Source: Bacteroidaceae bacterium
GTDB taxonomy: Bacteria > Bacteroidota > Bacteroidia > Bacteroidales > Bacteroidaceae
DNA: 64,000 nucleotides
NCBI GenBank assembly: GCA_045594385.1
Contig: JAZNYM010000032.1
Span: 8,339 to 72,338, forward strand
Direction of reading: 5' to 3'
Shown here one piece after another: positions 37,861 through 47,069 of this stretch; position 1 is the first letter of the stretch; every line of letters starts with the position of its first letter. Made by a program: the position numbers and the translations under genes. Below the pieces are notes generated by a model. The model searched no databases, was not told the origin of the DNA, and worked only from the letters and a program-made list of their open reading frames with translations.

Positions 37861-37948
37861 CCGAAACATCGATAATCGTTCGCCGAAGCATCAGTAATCG
37901 TTCGCCGAACGAACGATAATGATTCACAGGCATCACCGTGAGAGTAAA
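37861..37948. repeat. 22-bp tandem repeat x4 (TAATCGTTCGCCGAAnnATCnn family)
   Basis: Units start at 37861, 37883, 37905 and 37927. The same family, period and copy number occur at 62947-63040. Confidence 0.8.
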
Positions 37949-37980
37949 ACTCGTCACCATGATAATGGAGGCAATGACTT

Positions 37981-39270
37981 CTATATTTCCATTATCAATG
38001 CCTCGTCCTGACTGTAATATCTGTATTGGCGCAAACGCTTCCATTCAGGATTATGCAGCATCCATGCTGGAGAGAAGTTCTCCGTCCCCCTGGAGTCAAG
38101 TCTATCCACTACCATACGCACCGTAAGACGATGAATGTCTATGGCCGGTATATAAAGCATTTCCGTACCGGAATTATTGTGCGTGATGGCCAATACACCC
38201 ACACTGACAAGTTCATCCAAGAGCACCGTAACCAAAGTTTCCGGCAAGTGTGTTGCGCGCGAAAGGGAACGCTGGCTCAACGGACGGTTGCCGGCAGCAA
38301 ATCTTTTGGCAACATGACTTACCAGCAAAAGGGAAAGTGTATCGCGGAAACGACGGCTCATGCCACGTGTCGAACGCTCAAATGCATATTCCTGTACCAT
38401 CTGGTTGGCATAACTCAACTGACATCCTATAAGACAGATATACCAAGTGAACTGCAAGAAAATCAAAAGCAAGGGGATTGCGGCAAAAGAACCATAGATG
38501 GCGTTGTATGCCGACAGTTTTATCTGGTAGTGTATGTAGAAAAACTCTAACCCCTGAAACAACAGACCTGCAATAATGCCGGGGCCGACACATGCACTCC
38601 ATCTGACATGCGTGTTTGGCATAAGTTTGTACAACAGGACAAACACCAGACTGCTGATAAAGAACGGCACCATCACCACTATGACATGAAAGGTACTTCC
38701 CATGGAAAAGTATATGTCAAGCCACGACTCCAACGTCAGCATTGCCACATTCACACCATTTGTCAGTATCATCAATATGGGTAACAGCAGGAATACGGAT
38801 ATGTAATCTGTTATCCGTCTGTAGATATTGCGCGTGTTTGTCACTTGCCAAACGGTATTGAAGGCCGTTTCTATATTCATGGTCAGGTTAACCAAAGTAT
38901 AGAACAACAACAATATACCTACGCCCAAGAAGACACCGCTCTTGGTATGCTGAAGATAACTTTCTACAAACGTGAGAACCGTATGGGTCATTTCCGGACT
39001 GAATGAATCCAGTGCGACACGCAGACGACTTTCTATAATGTTGTCAAAGCCAAAGCCCCGGGCAATGGCAAAGATAATGGCCAGCACCGGAACAACGGCC
39101 AAGGTGGTATTGTATGTAAGTGCCGAGGCATAAGAACTGAGATTATTGTTGACAAAGTGATCTATGGTGATATAGACACGTTTGAAGAGCAGCAATGCCC
39201 AACGCTGTAAGCACTTGCACTGCCGTTCATCCATGTTCCACCAGGATTCCATTCTTTCTTCTATTGTCAT
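37981..39270 (-). CDS. YihY/BrkB-family inner-membrane protein with a C-terminal extension
   Basis: SSYASALTYNTTLAVVPVLAIIFAI is the YihY signature region. The start is moved to ATG 39270 because the longer ORF (to 39336) runs into the RNase P RNA gene. Confidence 0.75.
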   Translation of the reverse strand: MTIEERMESWWNMDERQCKCLQRWALLLFKRVYITIDHFVNNNLSSYASALTYNTTLAVVPVLAIIFAIARGFGFDNIIESRLRVALDSFSPEMTHTVLTFVESYLQHTKSGVFLGVGILLLFYTLVNLTMNIETAFNTVWQVTNTRNIYRRITDYISVFLLLPILMILTNGVNVAMLTLESWLDIYFSMGSTFHVIVVMVPFFISSLVFVLLYKLMPNTHVRWSACVGPGIIAGLLFQGLEFFYIHYQIKLSAYNAIYGSFAAIPLLLIFLQFTWYICLIGCQLSYANQMVQEYAFERSTRGMSRRFRDTLSLLLVSHVAKRFAAGNRPLSQRSLSRATHLPETLVTVLLDELVSVGVLAITHNNSGTEMLYIPAIDIHRLTVRMVVDRLDSRGTENFSPAWMLHNPEWKRLRQYRYYSQDEALIMEI

Positions 39271-39304
39271 AAGAGGAAATTCTTTTTTTGGACGAATAAA
39301 AAGA

Positions 39305-39715
39305 AGCAGTGGCCCTGTAAGCCGGGTTCTGTGCACGGATATTTCTGCATCAAGCCTCCATATCCGCCGCCTGTCATTTATCCACTACCGGCGTCACCGC
39401 CAGTCTCTATCGTTCTACCCTCCGGCTCGGACGGACAACCCTCCCACTCCCGCCATTACAGCAGGAGCACCGCCGGTATACGCGAACTTTCAACATCCGG
39501 AGTGCACAGCACGCATGTCGCCACACGCCTGGTGGGCTCTTACTCCACCTTCTCACCCTTGCCTGCAATATATACAGGCGGTTGTTTTCTTCTGCACTGA
39601 CCAACCATCACTGGCTCCTACCCGTTAGGTAGCGGATTGTCCTGTGTTGCCCGGACTTTCCTCTCGTCTCCTCCCAAAAGGAGAAAACCAGCGACAGGCC
39701 GGACCACTGTTTCTT
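39305..39715 (-). ncRNA. rnpB: RNase P RNA (bacterial type A)
   Basis: On the minus strand, GAGAGGAAAGTCCGGGCAAC (P4 5' strand) and ACAGAACCCGGCTTA (P4 3' strand) are present. P1 pairs CAGTGGTCC (39701-39709) with GGGCCACTG (39307-39315). Ends are approximate. Confidence 0.9.
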
Positions 39716-39721
39716 TGTGTG

Positions 39722-39729
39722 CAAATTTA
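39722..39729 (-). promoter_or_regulatory. Candidate -7 box (TAAATTTG) for rnpB
   Basis: Plus-strand caaattta at 39722-39729, about 7-12 nt upstream of the P1 helix. Confidence 0.5.
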
Positions 39730-39813
39730 CGAATATTCCTTAAAATGACAAAACAGCCGTAACTAAAAGGTTAAAATAAGACAAGGAAAATGACAACGGA
39801 CATCATTTATAGC

Positions 39814-39821
39814 TACTTTTG
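39814..39821 (+). promoter_or_regulatory. Candidate -7 box (TACTTTTG) for htrA
   Basis: tacttttg at 39814-39821, about 60 nt upstream of the ATG at 39881. Confidence 0.4.
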
Positions 39822-39880
39822 CGAACGGAAAAGCAATCACCCCCATACTTACTGAATATTAACCATAAAACATCAATAAT

Positions 39881-41347
39881 ATGAAGAAAGCACTATTCAT
39901 CATCCTTGGTTCTACACTGATTGCATGCTCCGGCAATGCGGAAACAGCCAACACGACAGAGTTGGAACTGAAGACGGAAGAAAAGACCACCACACTCTCT
40001 GCCCCACAGGGCGGATATGTGGACCTCACCTATGCGGCAGAGAGCAGCGTAAATGCTGTTGTATATATTAAGGTGACACAGATGGGCAAGACACATAAGG
40101 TGACATACCGCGACCCATTTGAAGAATTTTTCGGAGATTTCTTCGGACACAGCCAGCGTACTCCCCAGCAACGCGAATACAAGGAACCCGACCGCCGCGG
40201 TTCCGGTTCCGGTGTGATTATCTCTGCAGACGGATACATCGTCACCAACAACCACGTTGTGGCCGGTGCCGACGAGATTCTTGTAAAATTGAATGACAAC
40301 CGCGAGTTCTCCGGACGCATCGTAGGCCTGGATGCCAACACCGACCTGGCTCTTATCAAGATTGAGGGGAAGAACCTCCCCACACTGCCCATCGGCAACA
40401 GCGACAACCTGAAGATTGGCGAATGGGTACTGGCCGTGGGCAATCCCTTCAATCTCACGAGCACTGTCACAGCCGGCATCGTATCTGCCAAGGCCAGAAG
40501 TCTTGGAGCCAACGGCATTGAAAGTTTCATACAGACCGACGCAGCTATCAACCAGGGTAACTCCGGTGGTGCCCTGGTCAATGCCAAGGGAGAACTTGTA
40601 GGCATCAATGCCATGCTGTATTCTCAGACTGGAAGTTACAGCGGCTATGGTTTTGCCATTCCCACATCAATAATGAACAAGGTCGTTGCCGACCTCAAGG
40701 CATACGGAACCGTACAACGTGCCGTATTGGGTGTAACCGGAGGTGACGTAACAAACTATATCGACAGTGAAAAAGCCAAAGGCAACACCCCTGACCTCGG
40801 CACTCTTACCGGAGTATGGGTAAACGAAGTCATGGAAGGTTCTGCCGCCGCTGAAGCCGGCCTAAAGAAAGGCGACGCAATCATCCAATTCAACGGCAAG
40901 GAGGTCCACAAGATGTCTGAAATGCAGGAAGCCATTGCCCAGCATCGTCCAGGCGACAAGGTGAGTATCACCTGGTTGCGCGACAAGAAGAAGCACACCG
41001 AAACAGTTACTATGAAGAACAGCCAAGGTTCGACAAAGATTCTGCAGGAAGTGGACGTTGACGAAATGGGCGTCTCCATGGAACCTTTGCCTGCAGACGA
41101 GAAAGCACGCCTTGGAGTACCATACGGCCTTGTTATCAAGGCTATACGCAATGGCAAGATGCAAAAGGCTGGAGTCTCCAAGGGCACAATCATTTTGGCT
41201 GTAAACGACACCCGTATGGAAAAAGCAGAAGACTGGGAGAACGCCGTCAAGGCTGCCAACCAGAGCGCCGACCGCACTCTTTGGATCAAGGCTATTGCCC
41301 CAAGCGGACGCAAGCAAAGTTTTGTCATCGACCTTAACGAGAAATAG
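39881..41347 (+). CDS. htrA: Periplasmic serine endoprotease HtrA/DegP/DegQ with two PDZ domains
   Basis: Lipobox LIACSG. Catalytic motifs TNNHVV, DLALIKI and GNSGGAL. Two PDZ-like C-terminal regions. 488 aa. Confidence 0.93.
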   Translation: MKKALFIILGSTLIACSGNAETANTTELELKTEEKTTTLSAPQGGYVDLTYAAESSVNAVVYIKVTQMGKTHKVTYRDPFEEFFGDFFGHSQRTPQQREYKEPDRRGSGSGVIISADGYIVTNNHVVAGADEILVKLNDNREFSGRIVGLDANTDLALIKIEGKNLPTLPIGNSDNLKIGEWVLAVGNPFNLTSTVTAGIVSAKARSLGANGIESFIQTDAAINQGNSGGALVNAKGELVGINAMLYSQTGSYSGYGFAIPTSIMNKVVADLKAYGTVQRAVLGVTGGDVTNYIDSEKAKGNTPDLGTLTGVWVNEVMEGSAAAEAGLKKGDAIIQFNGKEVHKMSEMQEAIAQHRPGDKVSITWLRDKKKHTETVTMKNSQGSTKILQEVDVDEMGVSMEPLPADEKARLGVPYGLVIKAIRNGKMQKAGVSKGTIILAVNDTRMEKAEDWENAVKAANQSADRTLWIKAIAPSGRKQSFVIDLNEK

Positions 41348-41375
41348 GCACAGTCCGCTCACATACCACACAGAA

Positions 41376-41419
41376 GACACCCCGTAAGTACCAGTATCCT
41401 TATGGGGTGTCTCCTTTTT
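41376..41419 (+). terminator. Rho-independent terminator after htrA
   Basis: gacaccccgtaag pairs with cttatggggtgtc (one G-U), followed by tccttttt. Confidence 0.7.
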
Positions 41420-41527
41420 AACCCAAATCTGTCTTCATATTTGTGAACATGACAGCCGTAATTAGATTTTTACAACACGTACATTGCATTTTTCATTTCT
41501 CCTTGGTCATTTCTCCACTTAATTTCG

Positions 41528-41535
41528 TACCTTTG
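41528..41535 (+). promoter_or_regulatory. Candidate -7 box (TACCTTTG)
   Basis: tacctttg at 41528-41535, 26 nt upstream of the ATG at 41561 and just after the htrA terminator. Confidence 0.5.
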
Positions 41536-41560
41536 CGCAGAATAAACATAACAGACTTAT

Positions 41561-41989
41561 ATGAAGAACAGAGGCAAACTCCTGTGCATAATCCTTACCG
41601 CCTTACTGACCGTCTGCGTCACAGGCATCACGGCCAAGCCCAAACAGACAAAGGTATATATCTTCGGCGTAAGCATCAACCTTACAGATTCAGTCACCTA
41701 CCTGACTGACGTGCAGGTTCTTGAGCCTGCATACATCGAAACCAAGACCGGTTTCCTTTATGACCGCAGCATCTACTCCCAGCAACTGCAAATATGGGTA
41801 GAACATGCAAAGGGGCAGCCCAACACAACTTGCACCGTATTCTTCAGCACCAACAGATCTAAGCTTGAGGAGAAATTCATCAAAGTCCGCAATAAATACA
41901 ACAAGGACCAGTCTACCATCTTGAAGAGCCTTGACGCCGGGGAATTCAAGTTCATACCACAAGAATGGACAGAACATGAAAGACTATAA
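41561..41989 (+). CDS. Secreted hypothetical protein (142 aa)
   Basis: N-terminal signal peptide (MKNRGKLLCIILTALLTVCVTG). It overlaps the next gene by 14 nt. Confidence 0.55.
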   Translation: MKNRGKLLCIILTALLTVCVTGITAKPKQTKVYIFGVSINLTDSVTYLTDVQVLEPAYIETKTGFLYDRSIYSQQLQIWVEHAKGQPNTTCTVFFSTNRSKLEEKFIKVRNKYNKDQSTILKSLDAGEFKFIPQEWTEHERL

Positions 41990-42857
41990 AATCGCCGGGC
42001 ACCGTCTGTCCATAGACTTCTTTGACAACGGTATTAACGAAAAACTGTTGCCCAACCTTGCTCCCTTTGCCTACGACGGTTCCGAACCACCTGCCATCAC
42101 TCTACGCATTGTCACGGACTACGAATGGGCACAGGAAGTGCATGAAGTCGGCACTTTTGACGTAGGTGGCAGCAACTATGGAGTGTTCCGCACCTCCGAC
42201 GGCGGCTACGTGTTTGACATTTACGACACCACCGGACACCTATGCAGCCGCATGCAGTCCAACCCCGATTTCACTCTTTGCCACATCAAGGTATATGACG
42301 GCACCTCTGTACAACAGAATTACGGACTTAACAACAGCATGATGATGGCATATGCATTTGGCACTGCCACCATGGACACGTTGCTGGTTCATTCCAGCGT
42401 CATACGTTGCGACGGCCAAGGCTACCTGATGACAGCACCCAGCGGCACAGGCAAAAGCACACACACACATCTTTGGTACACCAACATTCCCGGATGCGAC
42501 CTGATGAACGATGACAACCCCATCATCAGGATTATGGATGGCAGACCTGTCGTCTTCGGTTCTCCATGGAGTGGCAAAACCCCCTGCTACCGCAACATCG
42601 AGGCACCGATAGGAGGCATAGTTCGCATCAAGCAGCATTCGGAAAACATAATCCGGCGCCTGTCTCCAATAGAAGCGTTTACAGTACTGTTACCAGCCTG
42701 CAGCAACATGAAATGGGATGCACGCATATACAACGGCATCTGCGACAGCATCACAAAAGTCATACAGACCTGCAAGATCTGGGAACTTCAATGTCTACCG
42801 AACGATGAAGCGGCCATAATCTGTCATGACACAATCTGTAAAGAAAGCAATACTTGA
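41976..42857 (+). CDS. HPr-kinase-like P-loop protein (HprK-related kinase)
   Basis: LLVHSSVIRCDGQGYLMTAPSGTGKSTHT...DLMNDDNPII resembles the HprK C-terminal catalytic core (GxSGxGKS followed by DD). Start taken at MKDYK (41976). Confidence 0.6.
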   Translation: MKDYKIAGHRLSIDFFDNGINEKLLPNLAPFAYDGSEPPAITLRIVTDYEWAQEVHEVGTFDVGGSNYGVFRTSDGGYVFDIYDTTGHLCSRMQSNPDFTLCHIKVYDGTSVQQNYGLNNSMMMAYAFGTATMDTLLVHSSVIRCDGQGYLMTAPSGTGKSTHTHLWYTNIPGCDLMNDDNPIIRIMDGRPVVFGSPWSGKTPCYRNIEAPIGGIVRIKQHSENIIRRLSPIEAFTVLLPACSNMKWDARIYNGICDSITKVIQTCKIWELQCLPNDEAAIICHDTICKESNT

Positions 42858-43386
42858 AGGGCTTAGACTACTGCTCTTTCCCATAAGGAGTTTCTACCGG
42901 AAAAGAAATGGTACCGCCACTCCCATGCCACGCATGGAGATTCCTAACGATATCCTTCTCGGTTCAGCAAGGGATGCGATACGGGAGGGTTACACGGCCA
43001 CGATAACAGTAAAAGGCTGGAGCATGCGCCCCTTTCTGGAACATCAACGTGACAAGGTGATACTGGACACACCAAAATGTGCAAAAGTAGGAGATGCCGT
43101 TTTGGCTGAAATACTGCCGGGGAAGTATGTCTTGCACAGGATTATAGAGATAATCCCACATGCCACAAACGAAGGGTTGGACAAAATAACATTGATGGGT
43201 GACGGAAACATCCAAGGCACAGAACAATGCCTGCGCAAGGATGTATGTGGAATTGTAACCCATTACATACGCCCCGGCAGGACAATCCCCTCCAACGACC
43301 CGAAACTTATCGGAAGAATCAGACTTTGGAAGAAATTGCTACCTTTCAGAAGATTTCTGCTCTTAATCTACAAATCAATAATATAA
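42826..43386 (+). CDS. S24/S26-family (signal-peptidase-like) serine peptidase
   Basis: GWSMRPFL motif (Ser nucleophile context) and a downstream Lys-containing block. The tail is hydrophobic and basic. The start is uncertain (42826 overlaps the upstream gene; alternative 42925). Confidence 0.55.
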   Translation: MTQSVKKAILEGLRLLLFPIRSFYRKRNGTATPMPRMEIPNDILLGSARDAIREGYTATITVKGWSMRPFLEHQRDKVILDTPKCAKVGDAVLAEILPGKYVLHRIIEIIPHATNEGLDKITLMGDGNIQGTEQCLRKDVCGIVTHYIRPGRTIPSNDPKLIGRIRLWKKLLPFRRFLLLIYKSII

Positions 43387-43398
43387 ACCTATAGAAAT

Positions 43399-43665
43399 AT
43401 GAAAATAAAGGAAGGTTTTGAACTTCGCGAAATATGCGGAGAGTATATAGTTGTAGCACATGGAGACCGCAACATCGACTTCTCCAATGTGATATGCCTC
43501 AACGAGTCGTCTGCACTGATGTGGAAGACTGCAGTGACCAAGGACTTTACACATGAGGACCTTTGTGCTGTCCTGATGGACACATACGAAGTGGAAGAGG
43601 ATATCGCCAAGAATGATGTCACCCGCATCGTAGAGGAATGGAAAAACATGGGTATTATAGAATAA
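43399..43665 (+). CDS. PqqD-family protein, a candidate RiPP recognition element (RRE)
   Basis: 88 aa. The pattern ...GEYIVVA....NIDFSNVICLNESSALMWK......T.EDLCAVLMDTYEV....A.NDV...VEEW...GII is typical of PqqD/RRE winged-helix proteins. Confidence 0.7.
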   Translation: MKIKEGFELREICGEYIVVAHGDRNIDFSNVICLNESSALMWKTAVTKDFTHEDLCAVLMDTYEVEEDIAKNDVTRIVEEWKNMGIIE

Positions 43666-43676
43666 CATCTACGATT

Positions 43677-44345
43677 ATGGAGCAAATATGGCAAGACATA
43701 GCAGAATGGATCAACCTTCTTGCACAGACATTGCGCATCCCCACATCATTTCTGCTCATAGAGTTCATCGGTACCTTTGCATTTGCCCTGTCGGGCATAC
43801 GACTGGCCAGTGCCAAGCAGTTTGACGTCTTCGGCGCATGGATAGTGGGCATGGCCACAGCCATCGGCGGAGGAACGTTCCGCGATGTCATGCTGGGCGT
43901 CAATCCATTCTGGATGACCAATGAAATCTATTTCATCTGGTGTGCACTTGCCGTCCTGTTCGTACACATCTTTGCCAAATACCTTGTAAAGCAGAAGAAC
44001 ACATGGTTCATCTTCGACACCATCGGTCTTGCACTCTTCAACGTGGTCGGCATCGAGAAGACCCTGCAGATGGGGTTCCCCTTATGGACCGCCATCACCA
44101 TGGGTTCCGTTACCGGTGCTGCCGGCGGCGTCATCCGTGATGTCCTCATAAACGAAGTGCCCCTCATATTCCGCAAGGAAATATATGCCCTTGCATGTGT
44201 GGCAGGCGGCATCGTTTACTCCATACTGCACACCATGGAGTATGATCCCAACATCAGCGCATTGTTCTCCAGCATAGTTGTCATAGCCGTTAGATGCTTT
44301 GCTGTAAAGTTCCACTGGCACCTGCCCATCGTAAAAGGAGAATAG
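43677..44345 (+). CDS. Trimeric intracellular cation channel (TRIC/UPF0126, YadS-like) membrane protein
   Basis: Two internal repeats carry the glycine motifs (TAIGGGTFRDVMLG and GAAGGVIRDVLINE). Start at MEQIW (43677). Confidence 0.8.
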   Translation: MEQIWQDIAEWINLLAQTLRIPTSFLLIEFIGTFAFALSGIRLASAKQFDVFGAWIVGMATAIGGGTFRDVMLGVNPFWMTNEIYFIWCALAVLFVHIFAKYLVKQKNTWFIFDTIGLALFNVVGIEKTLQMGFPLWTAITMGSVTGAAGGVIRDVLINEVPLIFRKEIYALACVAGGIVYSILHTMEYDPNISALFSSIVVIAVRCFAVKFHWHLPIVKGE

Positions 44346-44356
44346 GCTTCTGTATC

Positions 44357-45583
44357 ATGAAACGTACGCTCCTCATACTTGCCACATTGCTGCTGACCGT
44401 TCTGGCACATGCTCAGCACATGGTATATGACACGAATGTACGTACACTGCAAGTCACCCTTAACGACAATCCGCTCCTGCCTCCAGTACTCAAACTTGGC
44501 AAGTCCTCGTTCCTGAGAATTTCATGGGACGAGATGTCGCACGACTACCACCGCTATGTCTACCGCATACAGCACTGCACACGAGACTGGGAACCTACCG
44601 AAGACCTGTTTGAAAGTGACTATCTCCACGGCACCAACGGTCTGCCTGTGGAGGATTACGAAACAAGCTTCAACACCACACAACTCTACACACACTACTC
44701 CCTCACATTCCCCAACAGGGATGCATCGGTCCTGCTCAGCGGCAACTACAAGCTGCTGGTATACGAAGAGGATTTCATGGACAACGGCCCTATAATCGAA
44801 GTGCGTTTCCATGTTGTAGAGGCCGAAATGGGATTGACCATGCAGGTTTCCTCCAATACGGACATCGATTTCAACGACAAGCACCAGCAGGTATCACTGA
44901 ATCTGACCTATGGCGGCATCAAGGTTACCGACCCGTACAACCAGATTCATGCCGTAGTAAGCCAGAACCGCCGTCCCTCGCGTACAGTCACTGGCATACG
45001 CCCCGACATAAACAAGGCCAATGGCCTGGAATGGCAACATTGCGAAAAACTTATCTTTCCTGCCGGAAACGAGTATCACAAGTTCGAAATCCTTGACGTG
45101 AATCATTCCGGCATGAATGTAGACCACATGCGATGGTTCGAACCCTACTACCATGCCACTCTGTGGATGGACGAGGTTCCGCACAGCTACCTTACTTCAG
45201 AGGACAGAAACGGTGCCTTCTATCCAAGAACAGATGATCAGGAGAGCAACGACACACAGTCGGAATACGTAGTCGTACATTTCTCGCTGCAATCTCCACG
45301 CCTGCCCCAACAGGTCTACGTGAACGGCAAGTGGAGCAACGGTGAAACATCGCCCGACTGCATCATGGAATACAACGACAACTACGAATGCTACGAAGCC
45401 TCCATACTGCTGAAACAAGGTTACTACGACTATCAATACATCACGGCAGACGGATCCACACTTGAAACCATGAACGACTTCTGGCAGACAGAAAACGAAT
45501 ATCAGACTTTTATCTACTACAAAGAGATTGGAGGACGTTATGACAAAATAGTCGCATACAACCGCGTCAATACTAGGTTCTGA
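44357..45583 (+). CDS. T9SS plug-protein-domain (DUF5103) protein
   Basis: Signal peptide present. YRIQHCTRDWEPT....SDYLHG......DYETSFNTTQLYTHYSLTFPN.....LSGNYKLLVYEED matches my recollection of the DUF5103/T9SS plug family signature. Confidence 0.65.
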   Translation: MKRTLLILATLLLTVLAHAQHMVYDTNVRTLQVTLNDNPLLPPVLKLGKSSFLRISWDEMSHDYHRYVYRIQHCTRDWEPTEDLFESDYLHGTNGLPVEDYETSFNTTQLYTHYSLTFPNRDASVLLSGNYKLLVYEEDFMDNGPIIEVRFHVVEAEMGLTMQVSSNTDIDFNDKHQQVSLNLTYGGIKVTDPYNQIHAVVSQNRRPSRTVTGIRPDINKANGLEWQHCEKLIFPAGNEYHKFEILDVNHSGMNVDHMRWFEPYYHATLWMDEVPHSYLTSEDRNGAFYPRTDDQESNDTQSEYVVVHFSLQSPRLPQQVYVNGKWSNGETSPDCIMEYNDNYECYEASILLKQGYYDYQYITADGSTLETMNDFWQTENEYQTFIYYKEIGGRYDKIVAYNRVNTRF

Positions 45584-45617
45584 CATAAACCCTCCGCATA
45601 CTCGCCTTAACATACTA

Positions 45618-47069
45618 ATGAAAAAACAAGGATACACATCTATCCACCACATACTGAAATACATTGGCGTCTTCGGCGGCGTTGAAGTCCTGAAAACATT
45701 GGCAAACCTGTCACGTGGAAAGATAACCGCATCTTTCCTTGGTCCTTTCGGCACCGGTTTGATTGCCATATACCAAAACATACTGGACGTCATCCGTTCA
45801 TGTACTAACATAGGTCTTGAAACCGCCAGCATACAACAGCTTAGCGAAATAGACTCCCATACGCAACAAGCTGAAGTAGCCACAATGGCCAAGGTAATAC
45901 GAACCTGGTCCATGGCAATGGCTCTGCTGGATGTTGTGGTGTGCCTGGCGGTTGCCATGCTACTGGGCAACGTATTCTTCAACGACTCCAACTGCCACCA
46001 GGCGGAAATCCTCATGCTTATCCCAGCAGCCTTCATGGCACCCATTGCCGCCGGAGAATGTGCCATCCTTAAGGGAACCCACAAACTCAAGAGAGTGGCT
46101 ATCGTAGAGTTGCTTGGCGCCATAGGAACCGTTATCTGCACCCTCACTATCTACTGGATATGGGGACTGTCAGGCATAATACCAGCCCTGAACCTGTGCA
46201 TAGCCACAGAAACCTTCGTACATCTGTTCTTCTGTATCCAGATTATGCCATACCGCATAAACATGTTTTCTGCAGAGGTTTGGAAACGCGGAATTCCCTT
46301 GCTGAAGTTCGGTATCCCCTATGCAGCCACAGCCATCATGGGAGCAATCACCACCACCCTATTATACAAAATCATCTCTTCCACCGACAGTATTGCGTTC
46401 TACAAGACCGGCTATGCCCTAATCATGTACTACATCGGCATCGTATTCAGTTCCAATGCCACAGACTATTTTCCCCGACTGACAAGCGTTTGCCACGACA
46501 AAGCGCTCAAAATGGAAACCGTCAACAAACAGATACACGTCAGTTTCACTCTCACCACCCCTCTGGTAATGACGTTCCTTTTGGCCATGCCGATAATCAT
46601 CCTGACGCTATACACCGAGGAATTCATGCCCATGGCAAGCATCTGCACTATGGCTGGTCTGTTCCAGCTGCACAGGTCTGTGGCCTTGCCCTTGGAATAC
46701 GTTTCCCTGGCACACGGTCACTCATGGATGTTCCTCATTTTGGAAAGTGTGTACAATGTCCTTATCATATCATCAGTATATCTTCTTTACAACATCTGGG
46801 GATTGCCGGGCATAGGCCTTGCCCTATCCTTCGTGGGAATTTCCAACACCATCATCCTGGGCATTGTCAACTACTACTTCTACGACATCAGGATATCTCG
46901 CAGCAACATTGCCATGATACTTATCGGTTCATGCATCGTTACCGCCATCATCATATTGTGCAATATTGACAACATGTCCCTGCGCTTAGGCATCGGTATA
47001 CCCCTTACCTTGCTTACGGCGACGTACTGCTACAGGACACTGAAAAAGGGTATTACAGATGAAGCATGA
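45618..47069 (+). CDS. Oligosaccharide/polysaccharide flippase (MOP/Wzx family)
   Basis: 483 aa, polytopic, with a Wzx-like N-terminus. It overlaps the next GT2 gene by 11 nt. Confidence 0.7.
   Translation: MKKQGYTSIHHILKYIGVFGGVEVLKTLANLSRGKITASFLGPFGTGLIAIYQNILDVIRSCTNIGLETASIQQLSEIDSHTQQAEVATMAKVIRTWSMAMALLDVVVCLAVAMLLGNVFFNDSNCHQAEILMLIPAAFMAPIAAGECAILKGTHKLKRVAIVELLGAIGTVICTLTIYWIWGLSGIIPALNLCIATETFVHLFFCIQIMPYRINMFSAEVWKRGIPLLKFGIPYAATAIMGAITTTLLYKIISSTDSIAFYKTGYALIMYYIGIVFSSNATDYFPRLTSVCHDKALKMETVNKQIHVSFTLTTPLVMTFLLAMPIIILTLYTEEFMPMASICTMAGLFQLHRSVALPLEYVSLAHGHSWMFLILESVYNVLIISSVYLLYNIWGLPGIGLALSFVGISNTIILGIVNYYFYDIRISRSNIAMILIGSCIVTAIIILCNIDNMSLRLGIGIPLTLLTATYCYRTLKKGITDEA

Noticed and set aside
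41443-41709. 88-aa ORF between htrA and the RRE cassette, considered as a possible precursor peptide
   Set aside because: It starts with a non-ATG codon, spans the candidate promoter, and overlaps the better-supported signal-peptide ORF (41561..41989) in another frame.
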